Shown here piece after piece: positions 10,009 through 19,195 of a stretch of DNA of 64,000 bases. This stretch comes from an uncultured virus (IMG/VR IMGVR_UViG_2912869438_000005) (Duplodnaviria > Heunggongvirae > Uroviricota > Caudoviricetes). A model generated the notes under the pieces. The model did no database searches. It was not told the origin of the DNA and saw only the letters and a list, made by a program, of their open reading frames with translations. The position numbers and the translations under genes are program-made. Location of the stretch: IMG/VR virus record IMGVR_UViG_2912869438_000005, positions 62,001-126,000 of that record, one strand, 5' to 3'. Each line of letters starts with the position of its first letter. Within the stretch, counting starts at the first letter, position 1.

Positions 10009-10454
10009 AATTTATTTATAAGTTCACATCCGAAGAAGCAGATATCCCAAAAAAAATGAAAAAAGACCCTTCAGCAGCGATGAGAGTTGAGGGGGAATTT
10101 AAAATAAAAATAAATGGAATTGTGTATTTCGAAGAAAATATTGCCCTACTAGAGTTTTACGCTTCTTTGAATGAGTGGATTAAAAAGATCAAGAAAAAAA
10201 ACAAAGTTGTAGAGTATAGATATTACACCATGGAGTATGAGGAGGACGAGCCCATTATTTCATTGATACCATTTGACAATAAGGCTCGACTAACGACTAT
10301 TTGGGAAACTCAACAATTATATAATGTATTTGGCCTTAATTACATTATTGAACAAATGGAAATGCTTCATGAAAGACTTGGACGAGACATTGAGCACCAT
10401 TATAAAATTTCATTGAAAAACTTTATTGGAAAGATCCCATTAAGAAAATATTGA
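9984..10454 (+). CDS. putative cognate immunity protein
   Basis: Overlaps the 3' end of the toxin gene; cytoplasmic, 156 aa. Confidence 0.62.
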   Translation: MDGVSNQVEFIYKFTSEEADIPKKMKKDPSAAMRVEGEFKIKINGIVYFEENIALLEFYASLNEWIKKIKKKNKVVEYRYYTMEYEEDEPIISLIPFDNKARLTTIWETQQLYNVFGLNYIIEQMEMLHERLGRDIEHHYKISLKNFIGKIPLRKY

Positions 10455-10501
10455 TTGAAGAAAAGAAGCCTTTGTTTTTTAGGGCTTCTTTTCTTCAATC
10501 A
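10452..10501. terminator. long hairpin terminator
   Basis: 19-bp perfect inverted repeat tgattgaagaaaagaagcc / ggcttcttttcttcaatca. Confidence 0.8.
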
Positions 10502-10582
10502 TCAGTTATAGTGAAAAGAACTATGTAACGCTTATTCTTTAATAAAATACGAATTTTATTAAAACTAATTAAAAGAAATATA

Positions 10583-10611
10583 TTGACCGTTTGGATTTAG
10601 AATGCTATTAT
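10583..10611 (+). promoter_or_regulatory. sigma-A promoter of aimR
   Basis: TTGACC-17 bp-TATTAT with extended -10 TG; AATTAAAAG box at 10567. Confidence 0.65.
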
Positions 10612-10634
10612 AAACATATATTCTAAGGGGAAAC

Positions 10635-11804
10635 GTGGTGAAAGAATTGGAGTTGAAAAATTTTTTAAAGAATAAATGTGAAGAAGAACGCGGACTCGAA
10701 AAGGAGCTTGCACGAATAGCAGGATACTCTAACTCGTCAGGCTTTCATCATTTCATTTACAATGAAAAGAAAGAAATGGATAATATTCAAGGTATCATTG
10801 ACGTGATTCAGAAGATTTCCCCGGAATATGAGTTTGATTTAATGAGTGAATACATATTTACATTAGACATAAATAAATCTGCAGCAAGGCAAGGCTTAGA
10901 ATATCTTAGTGTAAATCAGCTATATGACACTCTAGATAAACATATTAAGAAAATGGTGTCTGCAAAGAATTCAGTTAGTAAAGAATGGGGAAAAGTCTAT
11001 GCAGCCCAAAGAGAGCTAGACAAAGGCAACATTGGTATTGAAGAGTGCATTAGGCTGTTGGCTGAAATCCAACCCAAATCATCTGAAATGAAGGTTTACT
11101 CTAGGATTATCCCCATGTATGCCATACTACCTTTAAAGCAATTTGGTAGATTAAAAGATATGAGTGATAGTGTCTTGATTGACACAATCAGTAATCAAAA
11201 TTATGTTTATCATTCGTTTAAGAGTCGCTATATGCTATTACTGGCAAACTGCTTCTTTGGAAACAATGAGATTGAGAAAGCACAAGAATACGCAAGACAT
11301 GGGATAGAGAATTCAAATGTGAAGAGGATCATTTTTTTCTCATACCTCACGTATGGAAGTTCTTTAATGTTAGATGATTACGAGAAATCAAAAAGCAGTT
11401 TTTTGAAAGGTTTAGAAGTTGGCAAAGGAAACAAAATTTATGAGCAACATGCGATTAGAAATCTTTGTTTCCTAGAAAATCTATGGGGGAAAGAGAATCA
11501 ATATTTGAATATACAATCTAATGAAATAATAGATAGGCAAGAAGTTGTTCATTATCTTATAAGAAAAGGTTCTAAGCAACAGGCCAAAAAAATGCTTGAC
11601 CAGTTAGATCTCATGGAGCACGATGATAACGATCTGGGATTACATTATTATTTAAAGGGACTTTTGGAAAGCTCTCGCGAATATTTTTTAGAATCAGTCA
11701 AATATTTTAAATTAAGTGGTGATAAGTTTTCCTGCACCCTTCCAATAATTGAACTCGAAAAGTTAGGTGTTGAAAAACAAATTTTAGAGATAATATCAAT
11801 TTGA
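10635..11804 (+). CDS. aimR: arbitrium receptor AimR (HTH + TPR, RRNPP family)
   Basis: 389 aa with ARQGLEYLSVN, SKEWGKVY and YFKLSGDKF motifs; directly upstream of the peptide gene. Confidence 0.95.
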   Translation: MVKELELKNFLKNKCEEERGLEKELARIAGYSNSSGFHHFIYNEKKEMDNIQGIIDVIQKISPEYEFDLMSEYIFTLDINKSAARQGLEYLSVNQLYDTLDKHIKKMVSAKNSVSKEWGKVYAAQRELDKGNIGIEECIRLLAEIQPKSSEMKVYSRIIPMYAILPLKQFGRLKDMSDSVLIDTISNQNYVYHSFKSRYMLLLANCFFGNNEIEKAQEYARHGIENSNVKRIIFFSYLTYGSSLMLDDYEKSKSSFLKGLEVGKGNKIYEQHAIRNLCFLENLWGKENQYLNIQSNEIIDRQEVVHYLIRKGSKQQAKKMLDQLDLMEHDDNDLGLHYYLKGLLESSREYFLESVKYFKLSGDKFSCTLPIIELEKLGVEKQILEIISI

Positions 11805-11835
11805 TTCTAGACTGCATTGAAAGGAGGTGAAGAAT

Positions 11836-11949
11836 ATGAAAAAGTTGTTCGTTGGAATTGTTGTATCCGTTTCTCTTTTAGCTGTCGGTATTGCTGCAGC
11901 TCAAGTTAACAGTGGATTCTCTGTTGCAGGTTTTACTGTAGGGGCGTAA
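11836..11949 (+). CDS. aimP: arbitrium pro-peptide AimP, predicted mature peptide GFTVGA
   Basis: AAGGAGGTG RBS; MKKLFVGIVVSVSLLAVGIAAAQVNSGFSVA-GFTVGA*; signal peptide plus C-terminal hexapeptide ending GA. Confidence 0.93.
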   Translation: MKKLFVGIVVSVSLLAVGIAAAQVNSGFSVAGFTVGA

Positions 11950-11986
11950 TACATAACAATTAAAAGTTTAGTTTCACTACATAATT

Positions 11987-12020
11987 AGACGTTTGACTCT
12001 TTTGAGTTAAGCGTCTTTTC
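11987..12020 (+). terminator. intrinsic terminator after aimP
   Basis: agacgtttgactc-tttt-gagttaagcgtct stem (with G-U pairs) followed by a T run. Confidence 0.75.
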
Positions 12021-12083
12021 CATTTTAAAGAGTTTTTTATCAAAATTGCAATTATTCTTTTCAGTAAATTTTCATAGTTCAGT

Positions 12084-12174
12084 TAACACATTCAAAAAAA
12101 TAATAAAGAATGTGTTATTTGTCGTGGAAAAATAAACTAAAAGGGTTTACAAAGCACATGACATCAATTAAAAT
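12084..12174 (+). promoter_or_regulatory. inverted-repeat operator plus sigma-A promoter of the sro operon
   Basis: TAACACATTC-14 bp-GAATGTGTTA, then TTTACA(12146)-17 bp-TAAAAT(12169). Confidence 0.6.
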
Positions 12175-12219
12175 GAGAATATAACATTATTAATTAGTTT
12201 AGTAGAAAGGAGTTAACCT

Positions 12220-12423
12220 ATGATTCCGTGCGGCAAACAAAGCGAAAGTAATGTTGAGTATTTCAAGTTGGCTTATGAAAGTAAAATGAAGAAGTATGGG
12301 GAAGAGTGGATTTTCGCCATTGAAAATAAACAAAAACAAGTTATGCGTGAAAAGAAAGAGAAAATTAGAAGAGAGCTTACAAAAGGATATATGGCGCTAC
12401 TAAGTGCACAATTAGGAGAATAA
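12220..12423 (+). CDS. AimX/YopM-position protein with MazE-like C-terminal helix
   Basis: First gene after aimP; KIRRELTKGYMAL resembles MazE (NdoAI) RDLMRRGYMEM. Confidence 0.65.
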   Translation: MIPCGKQSESNVEYFKLAYESKMKKYGEEWIFAIENKQKQVMREKKEKIRRELTKGYMALLSAQLGE

Positions 12424-12426
12424 ATA

Positions 12427-12756
12427 ATGAAAATTCTTGAAAACAAATTAAAAATAGAAGATGATTATATAATTGACGCGATTGACACATTTCAAAAAGG
12501 TAAGTTACATATTAGAGAACAAATCATTCATTCAAATAGCGCTGTTGATCTTTATTATGCTAAATTGCAAATAGATGAATTTTTTAAACAGATCAATGAT
12601 TCAATAAAATTAATTAAAATTACCTGCAGTGATCTGTTTGAGAAGAAAGAAATGAATATGGCTGCCTTAGAGATACTAATTAATATTAGAGAAGAAGCAA
12701 AAAACGAATTTAGCATATTTATTTCTGATAACAATAAACGAATTAAAAGTGTATAA
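12427..12756 (+). CDS. YopN/SroB-position protein (109 aa)
   Basis: Position and size only. Confidence 0.55.
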   Translation: MKILENKLKIEDDYIIDAIDTFQKGKLHIREQIIHSNSAVDLYYAKLQIDEFFKQINDSIKLIKITCSDLFEKKEMNMAALEILINIREEAKNEFSIFISDNNKRIKSV

Positions 12757-12794
12757 ATACATAATTCATAATATAAACCAAGGAGGGAAAACAG

Positions 12795-13889
12795 TTGGGG
12801 GCTGTAGTTCAATCGATAAGAAAATACAGGGTGTTCGATGATATTTTAGCTTTTCTAAAGGAAAAAGACACAGATAGCTCAGCTGGAAACATTAAGGGGT
12901 ATAACAAAAACAAGAAGAAAAAATCGAAATACGGATTGCACTCTAATACAGCAGTTAACTATTTAAGCGACATTAAGCAGTTTTTTTGGTTTTACTGTAA
13001 GACTGAAATTGAATTTTTAAAAGAAGAACATCTGTCTTTTAAAAGGTCAGATGTTTTGGCATTTAAACATTATCTTGAGCATAACAAAGGTGCAGCTAAC
13101 ACAACTATCAATCGAAAGATCGCAGCACTTAAATCATTACATGGTGAACTGAAAAGGCTTTATCCTGACTATGTTGAAGATGATCCTTTTTATAACGTTA
13201 AAAGGAGCAAAGAAATAAGAAGGACAAGAGCCAATACTTCACAGATCCAAGCAGAAATGATTTGTGACAACATGTTCATTTATGAAAAACAGAAACCACT
13301 TCTGAAAAAATTATTTGGGTACTTCCTTTTGAGAAGTTCTTTTAGAATATCCGCGGCTCTTGACGTTAGATGGTGTGATATTGAAGTATCTAATGAGAAC
13401 CCAGATTGGTTTAGAGTCACTGTCATTGATAAAGGGGCAAAGCTGTGCACTACAGGAATTCACAGAGTGTTTTATGACCAGTTGCTTGAATTAAGAAGTG
13501 ATAACACAAAAGACACAGATAGGGTATTCGAGGGACTTACTGAAGATGCATTTAGAGCTTCTCTCAAACGCTCATTAAAAAGTCTGGGCATTCCAGAAGA
13601 AAGCGGGATATCTCCTCACTCATTTAAAGGAGTAGGGATAACGGAAGTATTCGAAGCCACAGGAAATGATTATAGAGCAGCCATGAAACAAGGTAATCAT
13701 AGTAACTTTGATACAACCTTGAGATACTTGAACAGCGAAACAGACATCTCCCAAACGGCGGGGATAATAATGGATGAAGAATTAGACATATCTATTCTAC
13801 AGCAAGTTACTAAAGAAGAGTTCTTAGATTTTTTTGAACAATGTGATAAACAAACATTAAGAAAGGCTTTACAGTTTTTCAATCGTTAA
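12795..13889 (+). CDS. yopP: tyrosine recombinase-fold protein (YopP/SroD-like)
   Basis: SAM-like N domain (NTTINRKIAALKSL); FRISA, DKGAK, PHSFK, GNH...TTLRY motifs. Confidence 0.85.
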   Translation: MGAVVQSIRKYRVFDDILAFLKEKDTDSSAGNIKGYNKNKKKKSKYGLHSNTAVNYLSDIKQFFWFYCKTEIEFLKEEHLSFKRSDVLAFKHYLEHNKGAANTTINRKIAALKSLHGELKRLYPDYVEDDPFYNVKRSKEIRRTRANTSQIQAEMICDNMFIYEKQKPLLKKLFGYFLLRSSFRISAALDVRWCDIEVSNENPDWFRVTVIDKGAKLCTTGIHRVFYDQLLELRSDNTKDTDRVFEGLTEDAFRASLKRSLKSLGIPEESGISPHSFKGVGITEVFEATGNDYRAAMKQGNHSNFDTTLRYLNSETDISQTAGIIMDEELDISILQQVTKEEFLDFFEQCDKQTLRKALQFFNR

Positions 13890-13956
13890 TTCCTATAACC
13901 TTGATTAAAGTGAGGTGATCTGCTACATTTAACATAGTATTAGGTGAGGTGATATC

Positions 13957-15333
13957 ATGGAATCTCCTGTGATTTTTGATATGGAAGCAGATAAAAAGTT
14001 GATGGAAGAATTAATTGAGACTAAATTAAAAATACAACATGATAATAAATTAATGACAGCATATAGACAAGCTATGATGAAGGACAAATTTCCTCCAGGG
14101 AAAGCGCAAGAACTTTTCAATAAGCTTAGCAGTCCACATGCAAGATTAACGACTGGAGAAAAATATTTTCTCGCGAAAAACCTACACAGGATCACTAAAG
14201 AGGAAAGAATTTCTCCTGAAAACTATTTCCCTCCGAACAGAATAAAGGATATAGAACTTAACTGGGAAGGCTACAAAACGGATGAAGTATCGTTCCCGTA
14301 CACATTTACAGATGTTACAAAGATTGCTTCAGACAATTATTTCTTTAAGGTGAAAGCGAGCGAATTATTTAAGCTTTATGAATCACAATTGCTTCGCTAC
14401 AATCCAAAGGCTCAACGAACTGACAGGACAATTCATTTAAAAGAAGTAGATGATGAAATACCCGTTCCTGAGTTGGTTGAGTCTTCAGTCGAAGCTATAG
14501 CGCAATTAACAGAAAAGAACGACTTGATAAAGTCAGTATTGACATTTAACGCACTATTAGGGAGCTCAGAAGAAGGAATCGAGCTTTTATTCGATGAGGA
14601 AGAAAGAAAAATAACTGTTACTAAAGGCACTCGTTTGGACGTAATTGATGGTTGGCACAGACTGACTGGTATAAGTAGAGCTTTCAGAAGAAATCCAAAT
14701 ATCAAAGATTTTTATTTGAAAGTTGATTTGTATAACTACACAATGAAAAAAGCAAGAAAACACTTCGGACAACAAAATACCATTAACCCGGTGGCCAAAT
14801 CAAAGATCGCGGAAATGAGTGAGAACGATTATCTTTCTGTTGTCATTAACTTTATTAAAGACAACAGTGACATCGGAGAATTAATTAAAGTGAATGAGGA
14901 CAGCATACGCAAGGGAGAGCCTTATATCACCACTTTCGAAAGATGTCTCAAAGGACTAAAAAGGGCTTTGAATACATTTGACTATACAGTTGAAAATTTA
15001 GCCGAAGCAAGAAAGCTTGGCATGTATTTGACGGACGTATTTAATACGGTTTTTAATTCGTATATAGATGATTTTACAAACCATTCCTTTGGGGAAAGTA
15101 AAAGTGCTATAACAACTTCTCCAGTCATTTTAGGAGTTTTAGCATTGGGGATTAAAATGAAGTTAGAATCAAAATCTGCAGATGATGTGGAGGATGTGCT
15201 ATCTAACTTAGATTTTTCCTTGGATAACAAACTGTGGCGAGAGCTTAAATTAGTAAGCGAGGATACAAAACTAAATAATAATGCAATTAAAGATACATTC
15301 GAATTTTTTAGTCGGTTGACAACAGAGGTGTAA
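13957..15333 (+). CDS. yopQ: DndB/DGQHR-like ParB-superfamily protein (YopQ/SroE-like)
   Basis: VIDGWHRL motif; position between two integrase-fold genes. Confidence 0.82.
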   Translation: MESPVIFDMEADKKLMEELIETKLKIQHDNKLMTAYRQAMMKDKFPPGKAQELFNKLSSPHARLTTGEKYFLAKNLHRITKEERISPENYFPPNRIKDIELNWEGYKTDEVSFPYTFTDVTKIASDNYFFKVKASELFKLYESQLLRYNPKAQRTDRTIHLKEVDDEIPVPELVESSVEAIAQLTEKNDLIKSVLTFNALLGSSEEGIELLFDEEERKITVTKGTRLDVIDGWHRLTGISRAFRRNPNIKDFYLKVDLYNYTMKKARKHFGQQNTINPVAKSKIAEMSENDYLSVVINFIKDNSDIGELIKVNEDSIRKGEPYITTFERCLKGLKRALNTFDYTVENLAEARKLGMYLTDVFNTVFNSYIDDFTNHSFGESKSAITTSPVILGVLALGIKMKLESKSADDVEDVLSNLDFSLDNKLWRELKLVSEDTKLNNNAIKDTFEFFSRLTTEV

Positions 15334-15336
15334 ATA

Positions 15337-16338
15337 ATGGAACTGTATAATGATACGGTAAAGAAAAAGTTTATAGAACAAGTCAAAAAGGAAGAGCAGC
15401 CCCAGTTATTATCAATATTCCGAAAAGGTGCAGAACTTGAAGAATATTTGAAAAAAGATATTTACGATTTTAATTCTAAAGAGATTCTTGAGTTCTTAAC
15501 TCTGTTGAATAGATCCACGCTTTCTTCTATAATGAGTTGCTGGTCTCACATCACAAGGTATATTGATTGGGCAATTTATCAAAATATCACTAGAGGTACT
15601 ACAAATTTGTCTAGAGACTTAACTATTGATGATGTTAAGAACTGCGTTGATGAAGGGAAGAAGCTCTATATTACTTTAAATGAGCTCAAAGAAATTTTAA
15701 ATACCTTAGTGAATCCCAGAGACAGAGCTATGTTAATTCTCCTATTTGAAGGGGTTCAAGGTTTCAAATGCAGTGAAATATTAAATCTTGAAAAATCAGA
15801 TATTGAAAAAGCCTTACAGAATGACAACATTTTAACCGTAACTGATGATAAGCATGGGCAGAGAGATATCAAAGTGAGTGATGAATGTCTTAAAATTTGT
15901 CTTGAAGCTGCAAATGAACCAGTGTATCAAAAGAAAAATGGATATTCTGAAGCATTTAATAAAGAAACAATATTAGCTGATAATAATTTTGTTATTAGAA
16001 ACCGAAGAACCAATTCAGATAAAGATCAAGAAAGATCTTCGTTTTTTGTCATAATTAACACGATGAGATATATTTTCTCACCAGAGTTTTTTGATTATCC
16101 ATATGTTAACCCAACGAGAATAAATAGGTCTGGTGTTTTATATGAAGGATTTAAAGTGTATAAAGAAAAAGGGAAATTAGAAACAGAAGATTATATTAAT
16201 ATAATTCAAAAGAGAAGCGAAAGATATGAAGACATTCATAAAAAGGTTTACAAGGTTAAAGAATATATGAATGAAGAAGAGATTAAAAAATATTATGCGA
16301 AAGAGCTTGGGATTGAGGGTACTATTAGAATGCGTTAA
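15337..16338 (+). CDS. yopR: integrase-fold master repressor (YopR/MrpR/SroF-like)
   Basis: NPRDRAMLILLFEG...SEILNL integrase fold without the usual catalytic Arg/His motifs; last gene of the operon. Confidence 0.85.
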   Translation: MELYNDTVKKKFIEQVKKEEQPQLLSIFRKGAELEEYLKKDIYDFNSKEILEFLTLLNRSTLSSIMSCWSHITRYIDWAIYQNITRGTTNLSRDLTIDDVKNCVDEGKKLYITLNELKEILNTLVNPRDRAMLILLFEGVQGFKCSEILNLEKSDIEKALQNDNILTVTDDKHGQRDIKVSDECLKICLEAANEPVYQKKNGYSEAFNKETILADNNFVIRNRRTNSDKDQERSSFFVIINTMRYIFSPEFFDYPYVNPTRINRSGVLYEGFKVYKEKGKLETEDYINIIQKRSERYEDIHKKVYKVKEYMNEEEIKKYYAKELGIEGTIRMR

Positions 16339-16341
16339 AGC

Positions 16342-16367
16342 AGCGTCCGGAATCGGGCGCTTTTTTT
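16342..16367 (+). terminator. intrinsic terminator of the sro operon
   Basis: agcgtccg-gaat-cgggcgct followed by a T run. Confidence 0.85.
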
Positions 16368-16631
16368 ACTGAAATAAAAATCTTCATTTTTAATAAAATA
16401 AACACAAAAAATATCGGAAAAATCGGATTATACGTGTTTGTTCGACATGATAAGACAAAAGTAGCTATTCTCATGATAAATAATATGTAGTAATATAGGC
16501 ATATGTTAACAGAAGTCAATTGAAACGAATAAGTCTAAAGTCCTTTTTGTAAGTGAGCTATTATTGAACAACCTCTGACTAGGGATATCTAGAGCATAAA
16601 AATATCTCTGGATATGCTTAGAAAAAAGAGG

Positions 16632-16668
16632 TATAATAAACTCACGAACAAAAACAGAACACACGTTC
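16632..16668 (+). promoter_or_regulatory. -10 box followed by LexA (SOS) box
   Basis: TATAAT at 16632; GAAC-ACAC-GTTC at 16657-16668. Confidence 0.7.
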
Positions 16669-16699
16669 TTATTTAAATTCATTATAGGATATAGGGGAA

Positions 16700-16960
16700 A
16701 TGAGAATGAAAAAACAAAAGTATTTAAACAATTGTTCTTTGCAAATTGATACAGTCATTGAAAACGCAGCAAGTTCAACTGAGTATTCAAAAAATAAAGC
16801 GGAGTTTATTCTTGAAAAACTTATGGAGGCATATAAGGTTGTTTTTGTGAAAGTCGACGGAGAAACTGAGGAGTTTGAGATCTGTAACTTGGAATATGAA
16901 ATTGAGAATACTGAAGAAGATGAATGTGGCCAACCACTGGCCTTAGCTATGGCTAAATAA
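16700..16960 (+). CDS. hypothetical phage protein (86 aa)
   Basis: ORF with RBS downstream of the SOS box. Confidence 0.7.
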   Translation: MRMKKQKYLNNCSLQIDTVIENAASSTEYSKNKAEFILEKLMEAYKVVFVKVDGETEEFEICNLEYEIENTEEDECGQPLALAMAK

Positions 16961-16972
16961 AAGGGAAAAAGT

Positions 16973-17167
16973 ATGGATATCTCAATAAATGTTGCTCTAG
17001 AGAGCGTAGACATCAAATTAAAAAGCAAAAGTCTTTCATCAAATCAGTTCTCGGCCGTTATGATTCTAAGTGATACAAGTAACAACAATTTAAAATTAAT
17101 TATGCCAATTGAGGATATTGTGAAATTGAGGGATGAAATCAATGAGTTTCTATTCAAAGTGAGATGA
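16973..17167 (+). CDS. hypothetical phage protein (64 aa)
   Basis: ORF with RBS. Confidence 0.65.
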   Translation: MDISINVALESVDIKLKSKSLSSNQFSAVMILSDTSNNNLKLIMPIEDIVKLRDEINEFLFKVR

Positions 17168-17283
17168 TGCCACCGGGGTCTCAGTCAATAGGGTTAAAAA
17201 GTAATCAAATTTTATTACTTTTTGAAAATCCCTATTGACTAAACTTTTCCTGCGTTATACAATTTAAATACAAATTAAAAGGG

Positions 17284-17469
17284 GTGATTGAATTAGAACT
17301 TATTTTTAAAAAAATGGGTAAGATACTTGATTCACACACTAGAGCCTCAAAAAATTTGAAACAGAGTGATTACAGAAGGGTCATTGGTGATTTGCACTTT
17401 GTTATTGAGAATGCACAAGAGATTGTATACATATTAAATGAATTGATTAGAGAAAAGGAAGAGGGGTAA
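17284..17469 (+). CDS. hypothetical phage protein (61 aa)
   Basis: ORF downstream of a TTGACT...TACAAT promoter-like sequence. Confidence 0.6.
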   Translation: MIELELIFKKMGKILDSHTRASKNLKQSDYRRVIGDLHFVIENAQEIVYILNELIREKEEG

Positions 17470-17470
17470 C

Positions 17471-17694
17471 ATGATCGCTGCATATCCAACAAGAATTGAA
17501 ATTAAAGACTACAGTAAAGTAGGTTTAGTAAAGAGAATAAGAGAAAAGGAGGCAGCTGGATGGGAATGTATTCAACCTATCTCAAAAAGATGTAAAGAGG
17601 AGTTATTACCAACTGTGTCGATAGTGGGCTAAAGTACAAACGAGCGTATGTTAGGCGTTTTGAGCATTATGTTGTTATGAAAAAGACCAAATAA
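17471..17694 (+). pseudogene. small gene with apparent single-base frameshift near 17599
   Basis: The ATG 17471 frame continues in the -1 frame to TAA 17694. Confidence 0.45.
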
Positions 17695-17765
17695 GCAAAT
17701 TAAAAGTAAATAAAAGAATATTTTTATACAAATTAAAAGGGGGAATACATATAACTTCAATTACA

Positions 17766-18929
17766 TTGTCAACAATGCAGCAACAAGCCGTGGAAAGTAT
17801 TGAAGATTGGTTTAAAGGGGAGGGTAAAGCACCCTACTTCTTAGCAGGGTATGCTGGGACAGGGAAAACCACACTTGTTAATTACGTAATTGATAAGTTG
17901 AAGATCAAGCTTTCTGAAGTAGCATTTGCATGTTATACGGGGAAAGCGGCACTGGTAGTAACACAGAAAGCTCAAGGAAAGTATAAAGCAAGCACGATAC
18001 ACAGTTTGATTTACGACACCTACGTGGATAAAAAAACTGGAGATCTAACTGTAAAGAAAAAATCAAAAGATATGTTGTCACACCTTAAATTAATTGTAGT
18101 TGATGAGGCCTCAATGGTAGACGGGCAGATTATGAGTGATCTGAGGTCTTTTGGAGTAAAGATTCTTTTTATTGGAGATACAGGGCAATTGCCGCCAGTC
18201 TCACAAAACAAAAATGAGGAATTTCTTCAGATGTTCAATAACCCTGATTTCACATTGACAGAAATTCACCGACAAGCTGCAGAAAATCCAATCATATACC
18301 TGTCAATGCTTGCGCGAACTAAACAAAAAATTGAACCTGGCACGTATGGGAAAAATGGCGAAGCGGTAGTGATTACTCATTCGACCTGGGAAACAATGAA
18401 AGAGCATTTTTACGAGAAAGCAGATCAGATTATTTGTGGTTATAACAGGACAAGAAAGCATTTGAATTCTGAGATAAGAAAGTTTTTAGGATATGAAAGT
18501 GACTTTCCTCTTGAAGGCGATAAGATGATCTGTTTAAAGAATGACTGGAATAAAAATCTTGATGATATAAGTCTGGTTAATGGTATGACTGGATATGTAA
18601 GCAAAGTTTATCAAGAAGATGCTGTTAGTGAACAGCTTAAATACGATTCGACCGTTATTGATTTTCAACCAGATTTTACTGGCGATTATTTCGAAAAACT
18701 TGTTATTCCAAATGACTCGTTAACTGATGATGCATTTAAGCTGCAGCCGCATGAACATAAAATTTATAACTCTTTTGATTATGGTTATGTAATCACTTGC
18801 CACAAATCACAAGGATCGCAATGGGAAAAGGTTGTAGTCATTGATGAAGTTCTAGATAGGAACATGCACCACAGATGGCTCTATACCGCAATAACACGTA
18901 GCACAGAAAAGTTAGTGTTGGTTGTGTAA
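17766..18929 (+). CDS. SF1B RecD/Dda-like DNA helicase
   Basis: GYAGTGKT, VVDEASMV, GDTGQLPPV, LTEIHRQ, TCHKSQGSQW, YTAITR. Confidence 0.92.
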   Translation: MSTMQQQAVESIEDWFKGEGKAPYFLAGYAGTGKTTLVNYVIDKLKIKLSEVAFACYTGKAALVVTQKAQGKYKASTIHSLIYDTYVDKKTGDLTVKKKSKDMLSHLKLIVVDEASMVDGQIMSDLRSFGVKILFIGDTGQLPPVSQNKNEEFLQMFNNPDFTLTEIHRQAAENPIIYLSMLARTKQKIEPGTYGKNGEAVVITHSTWETMKEHFYEKADQIICGYNRTRKHLNSEIRKFLGYESDFPLEGDKMICLKNDWNKNLDDISLVNGMTGYVSKVYQEDAVSEQLKYDSTVIDFQPDFTGDYFEKLVIPNDSLTDDAFKLQPHEHKIYNSFDYGYVITCHKSQGSQWEKVVVIDEVLDRNMHHRWLYTAITRSTEKLVLVV

Positions 18930-19195
18930 CTTTTAAATAAAATTGAAGTTTTAAACAAATTAAAAGGAGTAATATCTACGAGAGAATACTTGTGCATGCA
19001 AGATTGGGGAATTGACAGTGGCATTTATTTTGAAAAAGGGAAGAAATACGAGGGCATACCTAGTAAAGACGGAAGATCAGTTAAAATGTTTGGGGAAGTA
19101 GGTATGGTGATAACTTTTCATGAGGGAAGTAAGTACTTTAAAATTTAAATTTTTAATAAAAAGATTGTTTTAAAGAGAATTGGAGATAGTGAGAT

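Noticed and set aside
13957..15333. DNA phosphorothioation (dnd) system
   Set aside because: Only a DndB-like domain is present, without dndCDE; the context is the sro repression operon
15337..16338. Prophage integrase
   Set aside because: Catalytic motifs are degenerate, it is internal to the genome, and its position matches the YopR repressor
18972..19148. ATA start for the small ORF between palindromes 18938 and 19157
   Set aside because: RBS spacing is only 2 nt; the frame is open but the start cannot be assigned
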